From Candidatus Pacearchaeota archaeon (GTDB lineage: Archaea; Nanobdellota; Nanobdellia; Pacearchaeales; GW2011-AR1), in the NCBI GenBank assembly GCA_018303825.1, contig JAGVXK010000019.1, positions 1-59,489 on the forward strand: DNA of 59,489 bases, given 5' to 3'. The notes below the pieces were generated by a model. It was not told the DNA's origin, did no database searches, and saw only the letters and a program-made list of their open reading frames with translations. Both the position numbers and the translations under genes were made by a program. The stretch's first letter is position 1. Each line of letters begins with the position of its first letter. Positions 29,526-38,823 of this stretch are shown in pieces.

Positions 29526-30008
29526 ATGGAAAATAAACAAGTGGGCTATTTAGTAATTGGGTTGGCTATAGTAGTGTTGGGGATAACCTTTCTTTTTAAC
29601 AACGCATTGAAAGAAATTGTAAATTCCAGCTGTACAATGGCAGGACATGAAAATTGCACAATGTATGATACAATAAACAAGCAAACTTATCTATCAATAG
29701 GTATAGTTGCTATAATCGTGGTAATTGGTATTGTTCTTGTATTCACAAAACCTAAAGAAAGAATAGTAATTAAAAAGATAAAAGAAAAACAAGAAGAAAG
29801 AATATATGATTTAAGTGATTTAAGAAAAGAAGACAAAGATACATTCAAAATAGTAAGAGAAAGCGGAACAATATTCCAGGCAGACTTAATTGAAAAAACA
29901 GGTTATGGAAAAGCAAAGGTGTCCCGTATCTTAGACAGGCTTGAAAATAGAAATCTTATTGAAAGAAAAAGGCGCGGAATGACAAATGTTGTTGTTCTAA
30001 AGAATTAA
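29526..30008 (+). CDS. Membrane-anchored MarR-like wHTH regulator
   Basis: Two N-terminal TM helices with CTMAGHENC in the loop, and C-terminal FQADLIEKTGYGKAKVSRILDRLE. Confidence 0.75.
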   Translation: MENKQVGYLVIGLAIVVLGITFLFNNALKEIVNSSCTMAGHENCTMYDTINKQTYLSIGIVAIIVVIGIVLVFTKPKERIVIKKIKEKQEERIYDLSDLRKEDKDTFKIVRESGTIFQADLIEKTGYGKAKVSRILDRLENRNLIERKRRGMTNVVVLKN

Positions 30009-30066
30009 AATTACTTATAAAGATTTGTATGCTAAAATATAAAAAGATGTATTTGCAGCAAATATA

Positions 30067-30321
30067 ATGAAGTTAATGGAAGAGATTGTCTCCGGGTTTG
30101 GAACAGCAAGCCTCTTATTAGCTTTACTTTACTTGGGCCTATCTGTTGTAGAAAGAAGCAACTCTAAAATAGAAAGTAAAAGACTGAGACCAGATGTGAA
30201 AGTAATTGCAGATGCACAGCATAATGCAAAAATTGCAGCATATGCGACAAGCGTTTACGGCCTCTATTATGTTGGCTCTCTTGGAACAACAATTTATTTG
30301 AGAAAAAAGAAAGAAGGCTAA
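30067..30321 (+). CDS. Hypothetical 2-TM protein
   Basis: 84-aa ORF with two hydrophobic segments. Confidence 0.5.
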   Translation: MKLMEEIVSGFGTASLLLALLYLGLSVVERSNSKIESKRLRPDVKVIADAQHNAKIAAYATSVYGLYYVGSLGTTIYLRKKKEG

Positions 30322-30353
30322 ATATTTAAATATACTTAATAATTATATAAACT

Positions 30354-33300
30354 ATGTTAAAAAGAGGGGTTTGGGTAATTATTCTTCTATTAGTTTTATC
30401 TATAAGTTTCGCTTCAGCACTATCCTTATCAGATATAACTGGAAATGTTATTAAAACAATAAAAACAACTGGAAATGCCATTGGTGATTTTTTTGGAAAC
30501 TTATTCGGGACAAGTTCGACAGCAAATGCAATTGATGGAGATGTTCTATGGGCGAAGAATATAGGTGGGACAGGAGTAGAATATGGTTATGGTACTGCAA
30601 CAGATACAAATGGAAATGTTTTTGCCACCGGAATTTTTCAAGGAACAATGAATATTGGGGGAACAACGTTGATAAGCAATGGAGGATACGACATTTATGT
30701 CATAAAATACGACTCTTCCGGGAATGTCCTATGGGCGAAAAGATTTGGAGGAATATTAGATGATGAGGGTTTAGCGATTGCGGTTGATAAAAATACGAAT
30801 GAAATAGTTGTTACAGGATCTTTCCAGAACACAACAACATTCGGAACTAATACATATACAAGTTTGGGCACAAAAGATATTTTTATTGTTAAATTGTCCG
30901 GATTGAATGGAGATGTGCAATGGAGCAGGCAGATGGGAGGAAGATTCGCCGCAACTGGATTTACGAATGATATTGGTTATGGGGTTGCAATTGCCAACAA
31001 TGGAGAAATTGCTTTAGCTGGGCAAGCAGCAGGGTCTGTTAACTTTTGTGACAAAACGATTTATTTAAATTCTGGGACAGACACTTGGCTGGCGAAATTT
31101 AACTCGACTGGGGGATGTTTATGGGCAAAGTCTTCTACTTCAGGATGGGCTTCTGTAAGTGTTGATTCTGGAAGAGGAGTTGCCGTTGATGTCAATGGAA
31201 ACATTTTATTAACTGGAATAACAAATGGGCCTATAAATCTTGGCGGGGGAACATTACCTTATTACGGCTCTGCAACTCCGAATGGATATGTTGGTAAATT
31301 TAATTCTACGGGTGGATATATTTGGAGCAGGTCATTTGGAAATGCGGCTGGAGCAGCAGGGGGTTCTGCAATCGCTGCAAACAGCAATGGGGATGCGTTG
31401 ATAACTGGAAGCTTTGTTTCAGGATTAGATTTTGGTTCAGAAGTCGCGATTATTGGAAATGCTGGTTACCCTAATGCATATCTGGCTAAATTATCTGGAG
31501 CAACAGGAATAGGCATCTGGGCTAAGTCGCTCGCCGCCCCTTATGGTTATTTAAGTTATGGAAATGGAGTTGCAGTTGACAGTTACAATGATGTTTTAGC
31601 TACGGGGGCATTCCAAAATAGCATTAATCCAGGGGGAAGTGGTTTGATAAGCAATGGTGGATATGATATTTATATTGTTAAATATGATTCTTCTGGGAAT
31701 TACATATTATCAAAGAGCTTTGGAAATACTGGAGCAGAAAGCGGTGTTGGAATTGCAATAGATGCGAACAATAATGCCTATATTACAGGTTATCTGACAT
31801 CGGCGACTATCGATTTTGGAGGAATAACTGTAACTAATGCTGGAAGCTGGGATGGATTTTTAGCTAAAATGGCGGGAATTCCTCCTGCAACAACGCCAGT
31901 AAATGGAGTTTGCGGAGCAACATTGAATAGCTGCACAGCTGGAACATTCCAAGATGTGACTGATTCAGATACGCAATATCTATGGAACTGCCTTGGAATC
32001 AATGGCGGAACAACTGCATCATGCTCATTAATAAAACCAACTTATACTTTAAGCGTTTCAAACAATCCTTCAGTAGGTGGGGTTATAACTGGAACAGGAA
32101 TCAATTGCGGAAGCGACTGCAATGAGATAGTTGTAACTGGGACAAGCATTATATTAACCGCTGCTGCTAATTCAGGATATTCATTCTCTTCGTGGACAGG
32201 ATGCGATAATCCGGTTGGAAATCAATGCACATCTATAATCTCTTCGGACAAAACAATAACTGCCGTATTTAGCTCGTCTTGCACAAATGAATGTTCTCCT
32301 TCAGGAGCAAAACAATGTTCATCTACAACAGCATATCAGACATGTGGAAATTATGATGCTGATTCATGCTTAGAATGGAGTACAGCAACATCATGCTCTG
32401 TAAATCAATATTGTTCAACTGGAAACTGCGTAACTGTTCCTACACCGACAGGATTAACTGCAACAGCAATTTCCTCATCGCAGATTAACTTGGCCTGGAA
32501 TGCTGTTTCAGGAGCAACATACAAAGTTTATAGAGCTACAACTTCAGGAGCAGAAACTTTACTTGCTAGTGGAATTACAACTAATAGTTATAGCAATACA
32601 GGTTTAACTGCTGGAACAACTTATTATTACAAAGTTTCATCTGTTATCTCTGGAGTTGACTCAATATTATCAAATGAGGCATTTGCAACAACATCTAAAA
32701 TAACTCCAGTATTATCAATAAGCATAAGTCCAAGCAATAGTGTAACGCAAGGAACGCAAACAACGTCAACTGGAAATGGCTGTCCTGCTGGATTGACATG
32801 CACATTAACAAGAAACAGCGCGACAGTAAGCAATCCTGATATTGCGACTCTTGCTGTTGGAACATACAATTATGTTTATAGCACAGCAGGAAATTCACAG
32901 TATAATCCCGCAAGTTCCAGTGCAACACTTGTTGTCAATGCTATAGTTACAACTGTTAATGGACAATGCGGGACAACATTGAATAGTTGCACAGCTGGAA
33001 CATTGAATGATATTCCAGATGATACTAATAATTACTTATGGCAATGTTTAGGAACAGGAACGCCAAGAGGAACAGATGCGTCATGTTCATTGCCAAAATC
33101 TACAACATACACCTTGTATGTTAGCAGAACATCAGGAGGAAGTGTTAGTTCGAATCCAGCAGGAATATCATGTGGAACTGATTGTAATGAAGCTTATGTT
33201 TCAGGGACGAGTGTTACATTGATAGCAAGTGCTAATTCAGGCTATGTATTCAAGTATTGGACAGGAGATTGCATCGGAACTTCCAGCACGTGCACTCTGC

Positions 33301-33980
33301 TCATGAATTCTGACAAAAGCACTATGGCAACATTCGGGACAGGGACAGCTGGATTTGATTTCTCTCTTTCAAACGGCGGAGCAAAATCAGTAACACAGGG
33401 AAGCAATGTAATAAATATTATTACTGCTACTCTTGTTTCGGGAACAACACAATCAGTTACATTTAGCGCTTCTGGATTGCCTTCTGGCGTAAGCGCAAGC
33501 TTCTCTCCGACATCATGCAATCCTACATGCCCGACAACAATGACAATAACCGCGAGTTCAACAGCAACAATAGGAACATCAACTATAATAGTAACAGCCA
33601 CAGGCGGCGGAGTAACAAGAACAACCTCCTTTTCTCTTACAGTTAATTCTGTATCTGGCTCAACCATTCCAAACGCACCAACTGGATTGACAGCAACAAC
33701 ATTGTCAACAACATCAATAAGAATTAACTGGGTTGACAATTCAAACAATGAAGATGGATTTAAGATAGAAAGGGCAAAAGGAACAGGAGCATTTTCACAA
33801 GTAGCAACATTAGGACCTAATACACAGATATATACTGACACCGGATTGAGAAAGAGAAGCAGTTATTCATACAAAGTAAAAGCATACAATGTAGCAGGGA
33901 ATTCAGCTTATTCAAACACTGCAACTACATCGACTTCAACTTCATTTATACAAAGTGTCGGGGAATTTTTCGGTATTTGA
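30354..33980 (+). CDS. Large secreted adhesin-like protein: beta-propeller, InlB-B-like repeats, FN3 domains
   Basis: Signal peptide, repeated DxxGN...TG.F...DI(Y/F)..K blades, duplicated NGxCGxTLNSCTAGT module, and FN3 repeats (PTGLTAT...I.L.W...Y.Y.V). Confidence 0.8.
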   Translation: MLKRGVWVIILLLVLSISFASALSLSDITGNVIKTIKTTGNAIGDFFGNLFGTSSTANAIDGDVLWAKNIGGTGVEYGYGTATDTNGNVFATGIFQGTMNIGGTTLISNGGYDIYVIKYDSSGNVLWAKRFGGILDDEGLAIAVDKNTNEIVVTGSFQNTTTFGTNTYTSLGTKDIFIVKLSGLNGDVQWSRQMGGRFAATGFTNDIGYGVAIANNGEIALAGQAAGSVNFCDKTIYLNSGTDTWLAKFNSTGGCLWAKSSTSGWASVSVDSGRGVAVDVNGNILLTGITNGPINLGGGTLPYYGSATPNGYVGKFNSTGGYIWSRSFGNAAGAAGGSAIAANSNGDALITGSFVSGLDFGSEVAIIGNAGYPNAYLAKLSGATGIGIWAKSLAAPYGYLSYGNGVAVDSYNDVLATGAFQNSINPGGSGLISNGGYDIYIVKYDSSGNYILSKSFGNTGAESGVGIAIDANNNAYITGYLTSATIDFGGITVTNAGSWDGFLAKMAGIPPATTPVNGVCGATLNSCTAGTFQDVTDSDTQYLWNCLGINGGTTASCSLIKPTYTLSVSNNPSVGGVITGTGINCGSDCNEIVVTGTSIILTAAANSGYSFSSWTGCDNPVGNQCTSIISSDKTITAVFSSSCTNECSPSGAKQCSSTTAYQTCGNYDADSCLEWSTATSCSVNQYCSTGNCVTVPTPTGLTATAISSSQINLAWNAVSGATYKVYRATTSGAETLLASGITTNSYSNTGLTAGTTYYYKVSSVISGVDSILSNEAFATTSKITPVLSISISPSNSVTQGTQTTSTGNGCPAGLTCTLTRNSATVSNPDIATLAVGTYNYVYSTAGNSQYNPASSSATLVVNAIVTTVNGQCGTTLNSCTAGTLNDIPDDTNNYLWQCLGTGTPRGTDASCSLPKSTTYTLYVSRTSGGSVSSNPAGISCGTDCNEAYVSGTSVTLIASANSGYVFKYWTGDCIGTSSTCTLLMNSDKSTMATFGTGTAGFDFSLSNGGAKSVTQGSNVINIITATLVSGTTQSVTFSASGLPSGVSASFSPTSCNPTCPTTMTITASSTATIGTSTIIVTATGGGVTRTTSFSLTVNSVSGSTIPNAPTGLTATTLSTTSIRINWVDNSNNEDGFKIERAKGTGAFSQVATLGPNTQIYTDTGLRKRSSYSYKVKAYNVAGNSAYSNTATTSTSTSFIQSVGEFFGI

Positions 33981-34040
33981 TTATTGATGTTGATGCTTCT
34001 ATAGAGAAAGATAAAAAATAGAAAAAAGATGATAGAACAT

Positions 34041-34949
34041 TTATATTGTGCTAACAATCCAAACACCTATGATAATTATAATTATTCCGATAATTTTAAC
34101 AGACAAATCAAAATTATCAAATTTTTCCTTTAATATCTCTGGCTTGAATATTCTTAAACCCATTGAATAAAAGAAAGCAAATAGTGGCTGGGTGGCTGCG
34201 ATTGCTGAAACTAAAGCTACAGAGCCAATAGATAAAGCAGCATAGAAAGATAGCTCTGCTATATAGTAAAACCCACAAACGATTAGAACGAGAAGAAAAA
34301 TCCTCCATTTTAGAGTTTTCATCTCTTTGATAAATGTTTTTCTTTTTTCCTTAAAACTTAACATGAAGAGAGAAGCACCTATGCTACCAATACTCGCCCA
34401 GAAGAAAAAAGACCAAAAATCAATAAAATTCAGAGAAAAATCACTTATTACATCATTTATTGCAAATAAAATCACAAAGATAAAAATAAGTACGATAGCA
34501 GGAGATAAAACTATTTTTCTGCCTTTTCCTCTTTCATGAGAAATAGTGAATGCTCCGATAACAACTAAAAGAATTCCAAGATAATTAAAGACAGAAAGAG
34601 TTTCTTTTAAAAATATTAAGGCTAAAATTGCAACGAAAATAGGGGAAGTCTACTCCAAGGCAGAAATTCTTGACATCTCTTCTTTCATCATTGCTTTATT
34701 ATAATAAAGAAGAGCAAGAACAGTTATTGCTCCGAAAGCAATTGCCACCCATGAGAATATTGGATGGAAGACAACTGGAACGAGAAGAAAAATAATAATA
34801 GCAGGAAAAATATCATTTAGATTTGTTAAGATATCATAGGAATATGCATCTTTAAGCTTCTTGGTTAAAATATATTTATCAATAACATTATCAAGTGCCC
34901 AAAACACCGCGGCAATCAGCGCAAGAAAAAACCACCATTCCATTTTCAT
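34041..34949 (-). pseudogene. EamA/DMT transporter interrupted by one in-frame TAG
   Basis: The 99-aa and 144-aa ORFs share a frame and the intervening sequence is open apart from TAG at 34650-34652 (ALE*TSPIFVAIL). Confidence 0.8.
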
Positions 34950-35040
34950 AAGGAAGAAGCAGAAGTGACTTTAAATTTCTTGCCCTTTGTTTATATTTGA
35001 TACAATAAACTGAACTGCGTTTAATACATCTTGGGAAAAA

Positions 35041-35310
35041 TCAATCAAACTTAAAGCCTAAAACCTTGAATATGAACGCGTCTATCTCCATTATCTTTTC
35101 TTTATTGAGAGAAACCTGCAAGCCATAATCTGTCGGTTTTGTTATCAACCATTTATATTTAATTAACTCTTTTGCCATATTTTCCACTTCCTTGCCAAGA
35201 TGTTTTGGAAATCCAAACTTTAATGTATCGTGATGCGTATGTTTTGCTTCTATTATCCTCTTTTTCCTTAGGTGGTAGAGCAACCTGGCCTTGATTACCT
35301 CTTCCCCCAT
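35041..35310 (-). CDS. Small basic protein, probably wHTH-like
   Basis: KHT...GFPKHL..EV...KELIK...KPT.YG.QVSLN pattern of a recurrent archaeal family. Confidence 0.55.
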   Translation of the reverse strand: MGEEVIKARLLYHLRKKRIIEAKHTHHDTLKFGFPKHLGKEVENMAKELIKYKWLITKPTDYGLQVSLNKEKIMEIDAFIFKVLGFKFD

Positions 35311-35406
35311 TAGAATAGATGTTTTGGGAATATTTAAATGTTCTTATCATTGTAAGATAATAACATTAATAGAAACATTTAAAAACTTCAAAATTTATTA
35401 TAAAAT

Positions 35407-35736
35407 ATGAGAAATGAAGATGCATTGTTAAATGACAGCGTATTTGTAGAGGTATTTGGAGGAAGCCCGATTATTAAGGTTCTTGATTTCTTGATAACCT
35501 TCGCGAGTTTTGATTATCCTTTAACAGAAATAGCCAAGAACTCACGAATCAGTTATTCTACATTGCAAATATTTTGGCACAAACTTGAGAAAAATAATAT
35601 TGTCGTAAAAACAAGAAGAGTCGGGAAATCAGACTTATTTAAATTGAACACAAATAATCCTGCTGTAAAAGAATTAATAAAATTAGATTGGAAGTTGACA
35701 ATTGGCACAGATGAAAAAATTCTTGTAGAAAATTGA
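35407..35736 (+). CDS. wHTH protein
   Basis: FGGSPIIKVLDFL...LTEIAKNSRISYSTL...RVGKSDLFKLN. Confidence 0.7.
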   Translation: MRNEDALLNDSVFVEVFGGSPIIKVLDFLITFASFDYPLTEIAKNSRISYSTLQIFWHKLEKNNIVVKTRRVGKSDLFKLNTNNPAVKELIKLDWKLTIGTDEKILVEN

Positions 35737-35794
35737 GCTTGCGCTTCGTTTAGTACATCTTCGCGAACTTCGAAAAAATAGAAAGGTATTTAAA

Positions 35795-35818
35795 CTATAG
35801 TTACTATAGAGGTTATAG
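35795..35818. promoter_or_regulatory. Candidate autoregulatory operator of the TA operon
   Basis: CTATAG-TTA-CTATAG-AGG-TTATAG between the TATA-like TTTAAA and the antitoxin ATG. Confidence 0.45.
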
Positions 35819-35820
35819 AT

Positions 35821-36030
35821 ATGACAACAACAATTCAGCTAAGTGATGAAATGAGAAATAAGATTGCTTCATTCGGGAATAAAGGGGAGAGTTATGATCA
35901 AATTTTAAGAAAAATTTATGATCTCGCAGTAAAAGAGCATCTTAGAATGTTCCTTATGTCAAGCGAGGGATTTGTTCCAATTGAAGAGGCTATAAAAGAG
36001 GCAGAGAAGAGATGGCCAAAGTCGAAATAG
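35821..36030 (+). CDS. Putative RHH-type antitoxin
   Basis: MTTTIQLSDE...GESYDQILRKI, overlapping the downstream toxin gene. Confidence 0.65.
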   Translation: MTTTIQLSDEMRNKIASFGNKGESYDQILRKIYDLAVKEHLRMFLMSSEGFVPIEEAIKEAEKRWPKSK

Positions 36031-36353
36031 CAGAATCCTTAAGGGATGAAATCTTAGACAAGTTCAAGGAAGAATCTAAGGTTATATTTCGATTGCTGTA
36101 TTCCTTAGGAGATAATCCAAAAAAAGGGAAAGCTATTGGCAATGTGGGCGGAATTGTAATAAAAGAATTAAAATATAAGGTTTTTAGATTCTATTTTATC
36201 ACGGACGGCTATAAGTTAAAAGTGATGGACTCAAATCAACTTAGCGAATTATTAATTAGATTTGTCAGAATGTCTGACAAAAAAGACCAGCAAAAAACAA
36301 TAGATGAAATAAAAAATGTTTTGAGAAAGGTAGGCAAAGAGAGGTTCTCATGA
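36012..36353 (+). CDS. RelE/ParE-like toxin
   Basis: L.DNPKKGK...IKELKY..FRFYF pattern, in a two-gene TA layout. Confidence 0.65.
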   Translation: MAKVEIAESLRDEILDKFKEESKVIFRLLYSLGDNPKKGKAIGNVGGIVIKELKYKVFRFYFITDGYKLKVMDSNQLSELLIRFVRMSDKKDQQKTIDEIKNVLRKVGKERFS

Positions 36354-36511
36354 AAATATTAAAAGAGAAATCGAGGGAGTATAAGGGAACAAATTATTAT
36401 AAATATAAGGTTAACATTCCAGAATTGGTTTTGGCAAAGTCTGGGTTGAAAGCCGGAGATGAATTAGAAGTTAAAGCTAGAAAGGATGAGCTTGTTTTGA
36501 GGAAAAGTTAG
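36350..36511 (+). CDS. AbrB/MazE-family DNA-binding protein (53 aa)
   Basis: Manual translation MKILKEKSREYKGTNYYKYKVNIPELVLAKSGLKAGDELEVKARKDELVLRKS. ATGA overlap with the toxin. Confidence 0.65.
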   Translation: MKILKEKSREYKGTNYYKYKVNIPELVLAKSGLKAGDELEVKARKDELVLRKS

Positions 36512-36571
36512 AAAAACCTGAAACAAAACATTTATATACTTCGTGTACATGCGATATGCATAAGAAATCAC

Positions 36572-36835
36572 ATGGAAAATAAAACAATATCTGCTAGAGT
36601 AGAGCTAGATAATTATGCTAGCAAGGTTTTGGCAGTACTTAAAGCTAAATATAATCTTAAAGATAAATCCGAAGCAATTAATAAATTTGCCGAGTTATAT
36701 GGGGATGAAGTTGTTGAGAAAGAACCAAAAGAGGAGTATGTGAAGCATATATTAGAGGTGACTAATAAGCATCTAGAAAGACATAAGAACAAAAAAATGA
36801 GTATTAAGGAACTAGATGCATTATTTGAAGTATAA
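36572..36835 (+). CDS. Antitoxin (DUF2683-like)
   Basis: KVLAVLKAKYNLKDKSEAINKF...KEEY. Stop/start coupled to the toxin. Confidence 0.7.
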   Translation: MENKTISARVELDNYASKVLAVLKAKYNLKDKSEAINKFAELYGDEVVEKEPKEEYVKHILEVTNKHLERHKNKKMSIKELDALFEV

Positions 36836-37107
36836 TGTTTGACTTCAATCTTACAGATGAGTTAAAAATCAAGATATCTAAGTTAGTCAAAAAGGACAAG
36901 AAGAAAGTAGAGATTATCAATAAAAAGATCAAAGAAATAATAAATAACGATTCTGAGGCTATTAAAAGATACAAAAACTTGAAGCATGATCTAAGCAACT
37001 TTAAGAGGGTGCATATAGATAAGAGTTTTGTTTTAACATTTAAGGTAGATTTGACAAATAATTTTGTTCTATTTGTTGACTTTGATCATCATGACAAGGT
37101 TTATTGA
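36835..37107 (+). CDS. RelE/YafQ-type mRNA interferase toxin
   Basis: YKNLKHDLSNFKRVHIDKSFVL.F...F.DFDHHDKVY. Confidence 0.75.
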   Translation: MFDFNLTDELKIKISKLVKKDKKKVEIINKKIKEIINNDSEAIKRYKNLKHDLSNFKRVHIDKSFVLTFKVDLTNNFVLFVDFDHHDKVY

Positions 37108-37235
37108 GTTGTACCTTTTTACTACTGGTGCTTTCTGGAAATTGAGACAAAGAAAGATGAAATTATTTTAAGGAAGAAGAAAAAGTAATATTAAGAACAA
37201 AAACAAGGAGCAAAACGATACTCTATTCAGATAAT

Positions 37236-37469
37236 TCATTTAGAAATAGCTATTTGTTTTAATCTTGCTTCTTTGATTTTGTGAATCTCTTTTAATATTC
37301 TCTTTCTAAGATTAAATGAATTTGCCCATTTTGCATATGCCTGCCAACCTTGATAGATTTCCATAAGCTTCCAATAATAAATCTCATTATTTTTCAGTTC
37401 GTTTATTATCCCTTGATGTTTTCTAATATAATTATAATAAATCTCCATTCCTTTCATTTGGTAAGTCAT
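37236..37469 (-). pseudogene. C-terminal remnant of a DGR-type reverse transcriptase
   Basis: KLMEIYQGWQAYAKWANSFNLRKRIL resembles the conserved GWxAYAKWANS tail of DPANN DGR RTs. No YxDD domain, and an in-frame stop lies two codons upstream. Confidence 0.6.
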
Positions 37470-37602
37470 TATTTACTTAATGTCGTGATTTATTTTATGG
37501 CCTTATCTAGATTAAGGCACTATTAACTGACGTGGGGCCCTAGCAAAGCATAAATGCCCTACTAAGACATTATCTTGAGAAAAGAATGATTAATAAATCT
37601 GC

Positions 37603-38382
37603 TTAATTTTTTTGCGCACTGGCTTCACCGGAATTCAAACCCCCAAAAGCATAGCCATCATTGTCGCAATTGCAGCTGTTGCCGCCGACATACAACCTGT
37701 AGCTGGCCAAGAGCCTACCGGAAGTCAAACTGACAATCTTCAATGCAGGCGTTTTAACAGGATCAAAACCCCAAACATTTACTCCTCTTGGATAATTAGC
37801 CTTATCTGCAATTGTCTTTAAATTTCTCGCTATAGGTTCTGTTGTATTTTCCAAAACTCTAGCTAATCCTTCGGTTACAAAGGTATCTGCGTCTTGAACA
37901 TCTCTTGTAAATAAACCATAGTCGACAAAACCAAATCCATCTTCTCCAACATATATATCTCCATTTTTGACTCCTAATTTAGTAGCTCTATCTCTTAAAG
38001 CATTAAGTGTTTTTGCATCAACTATTGGTTCACCATTATCTGCAACAGGCGGATTAGCCCAAACACCCTCAGAATCTCTTAAAACATATCCTGCTTGCAA
38101 CCAATTTGGATTAAAAATATCTTTTTTAGCTAAATCTCTAAATTTGCATGCTACAATTGCGATGGACTCTGCAGTTGTTTTAGGCTTAAAAGTTATAATA
38201 GGCATTGAGAGCACATCAGAACTATGAGTATACTCTTGTCTCATGGCGGCTCTGTTTACGGCGTAAGTATCGGGACCAAATCTCGCTACAACTAAATCTT
38301 CTTTATCTCCTGGAACCCCGATTAAATTTATATGAGGTCTACTAGATTTTGATTCTATTAAGCCATATCTACTCAATTTCAT
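37603..38382 (-). CDS. DGR target-like protein with a CLec-type variable C-terminus
   Basis: C-terminus RLYVGGNSCNCDNDGYAFGG is encoded almost entirely by NNC/NNT codons. Adjacent to the RT remnant. Confidence 0.7.
   Translation of the reverse strand: MKLSRYGLIESKSSRPHINLIGVPGDKEDLVVARFGPDTYAVNRAAMRQEYTHSSDVLSMPIITFKPKTTAESIAIVACKFRDLAKKDIFNPNWLQAGYVLRDSEGVWANPPVADNGEPIVDAKTLNALRDRATKLGVKNGDIYVGEDGFGFVDYGLFTRDVQDADTFVTEGLARVLENTTEPIARNLKTIADKANYPRGVNVWGFDPVKTPALKIVSLTSGRLLASYRLYVGGNSCNCDNDGYAFGGLNSGEASAQKN
37645..37725 (-). other. Variable repeat (VR)-like segment
   Basis: GCC AGC TAC AGG TTG TAT GTC GGC GGC AAC AGC TGC AAT TGC GAC AAT GAT GGC TAT, consistent with AAC/AAT codons diversified at adenines. 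Confidence 0.6.
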
Positions 38383-38500
38383 ATTTTTCTTAGAAATAAT
38401 ACCTATTTAAATCTTTCTATTTGTTACTATCTAATAGTTAATACATGAGAGTTTTGGCTAATCTTATTATATTGGGCCATTTATTGATACCAAAATTTAA

Positions 38501-38785
38501 TTAAATTGGTATGTCTTGCTCATAGAGATGTTCCCTTGCTTTTTTACCTGCTAAAATAATTGCTCCTGCTCTAGGATTTGCTGGACGAACTACAACCAAA
38601 TTTTCTAAACTTTCTTGTCCGACAACTGAATCAACTCTGGGATGATTTGGAAAGATATAGTTTAAACGATTTCCAAATGCTTCCTGCACAATCGCAAGAC
38701 GAATTGACATTTCATTATGGCCTGAAATAGTAAATACATCTCCACTTTGTAATTGATCATATCTTTCTAACGATTAAATTTCCAT
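38501..38785 (-). pseudogene. Orphan gene with a premature TAA at codon 4
   Basis: ATG GAA ATT TAA (38774-38776), then an open frame into the 69-aa ORF. TATA-like TTTAAATA lies about 25 nt upstream of ATG 38785. Confidence 0.5.
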
Positions 38786-38823
38786 TTATTTTTGTGTCTG
38801 AAAGACTATTTAAAGATTTATAC

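Noticed and set aside
34650-34652. Genome-wide amber or other stop-codon reassignment
   Set aside because: Core genes are full length under the standard code, and several genes (e.g. arvC and the AbrB-like gene) terminate at TAG.
37470-37602. DGR template repeat between the target and the RT stub
   Set aside because: No similarity to the VR and no AAC/AAT-rich run, only short hairpins. I found no TR elsewhere in the window by eye.
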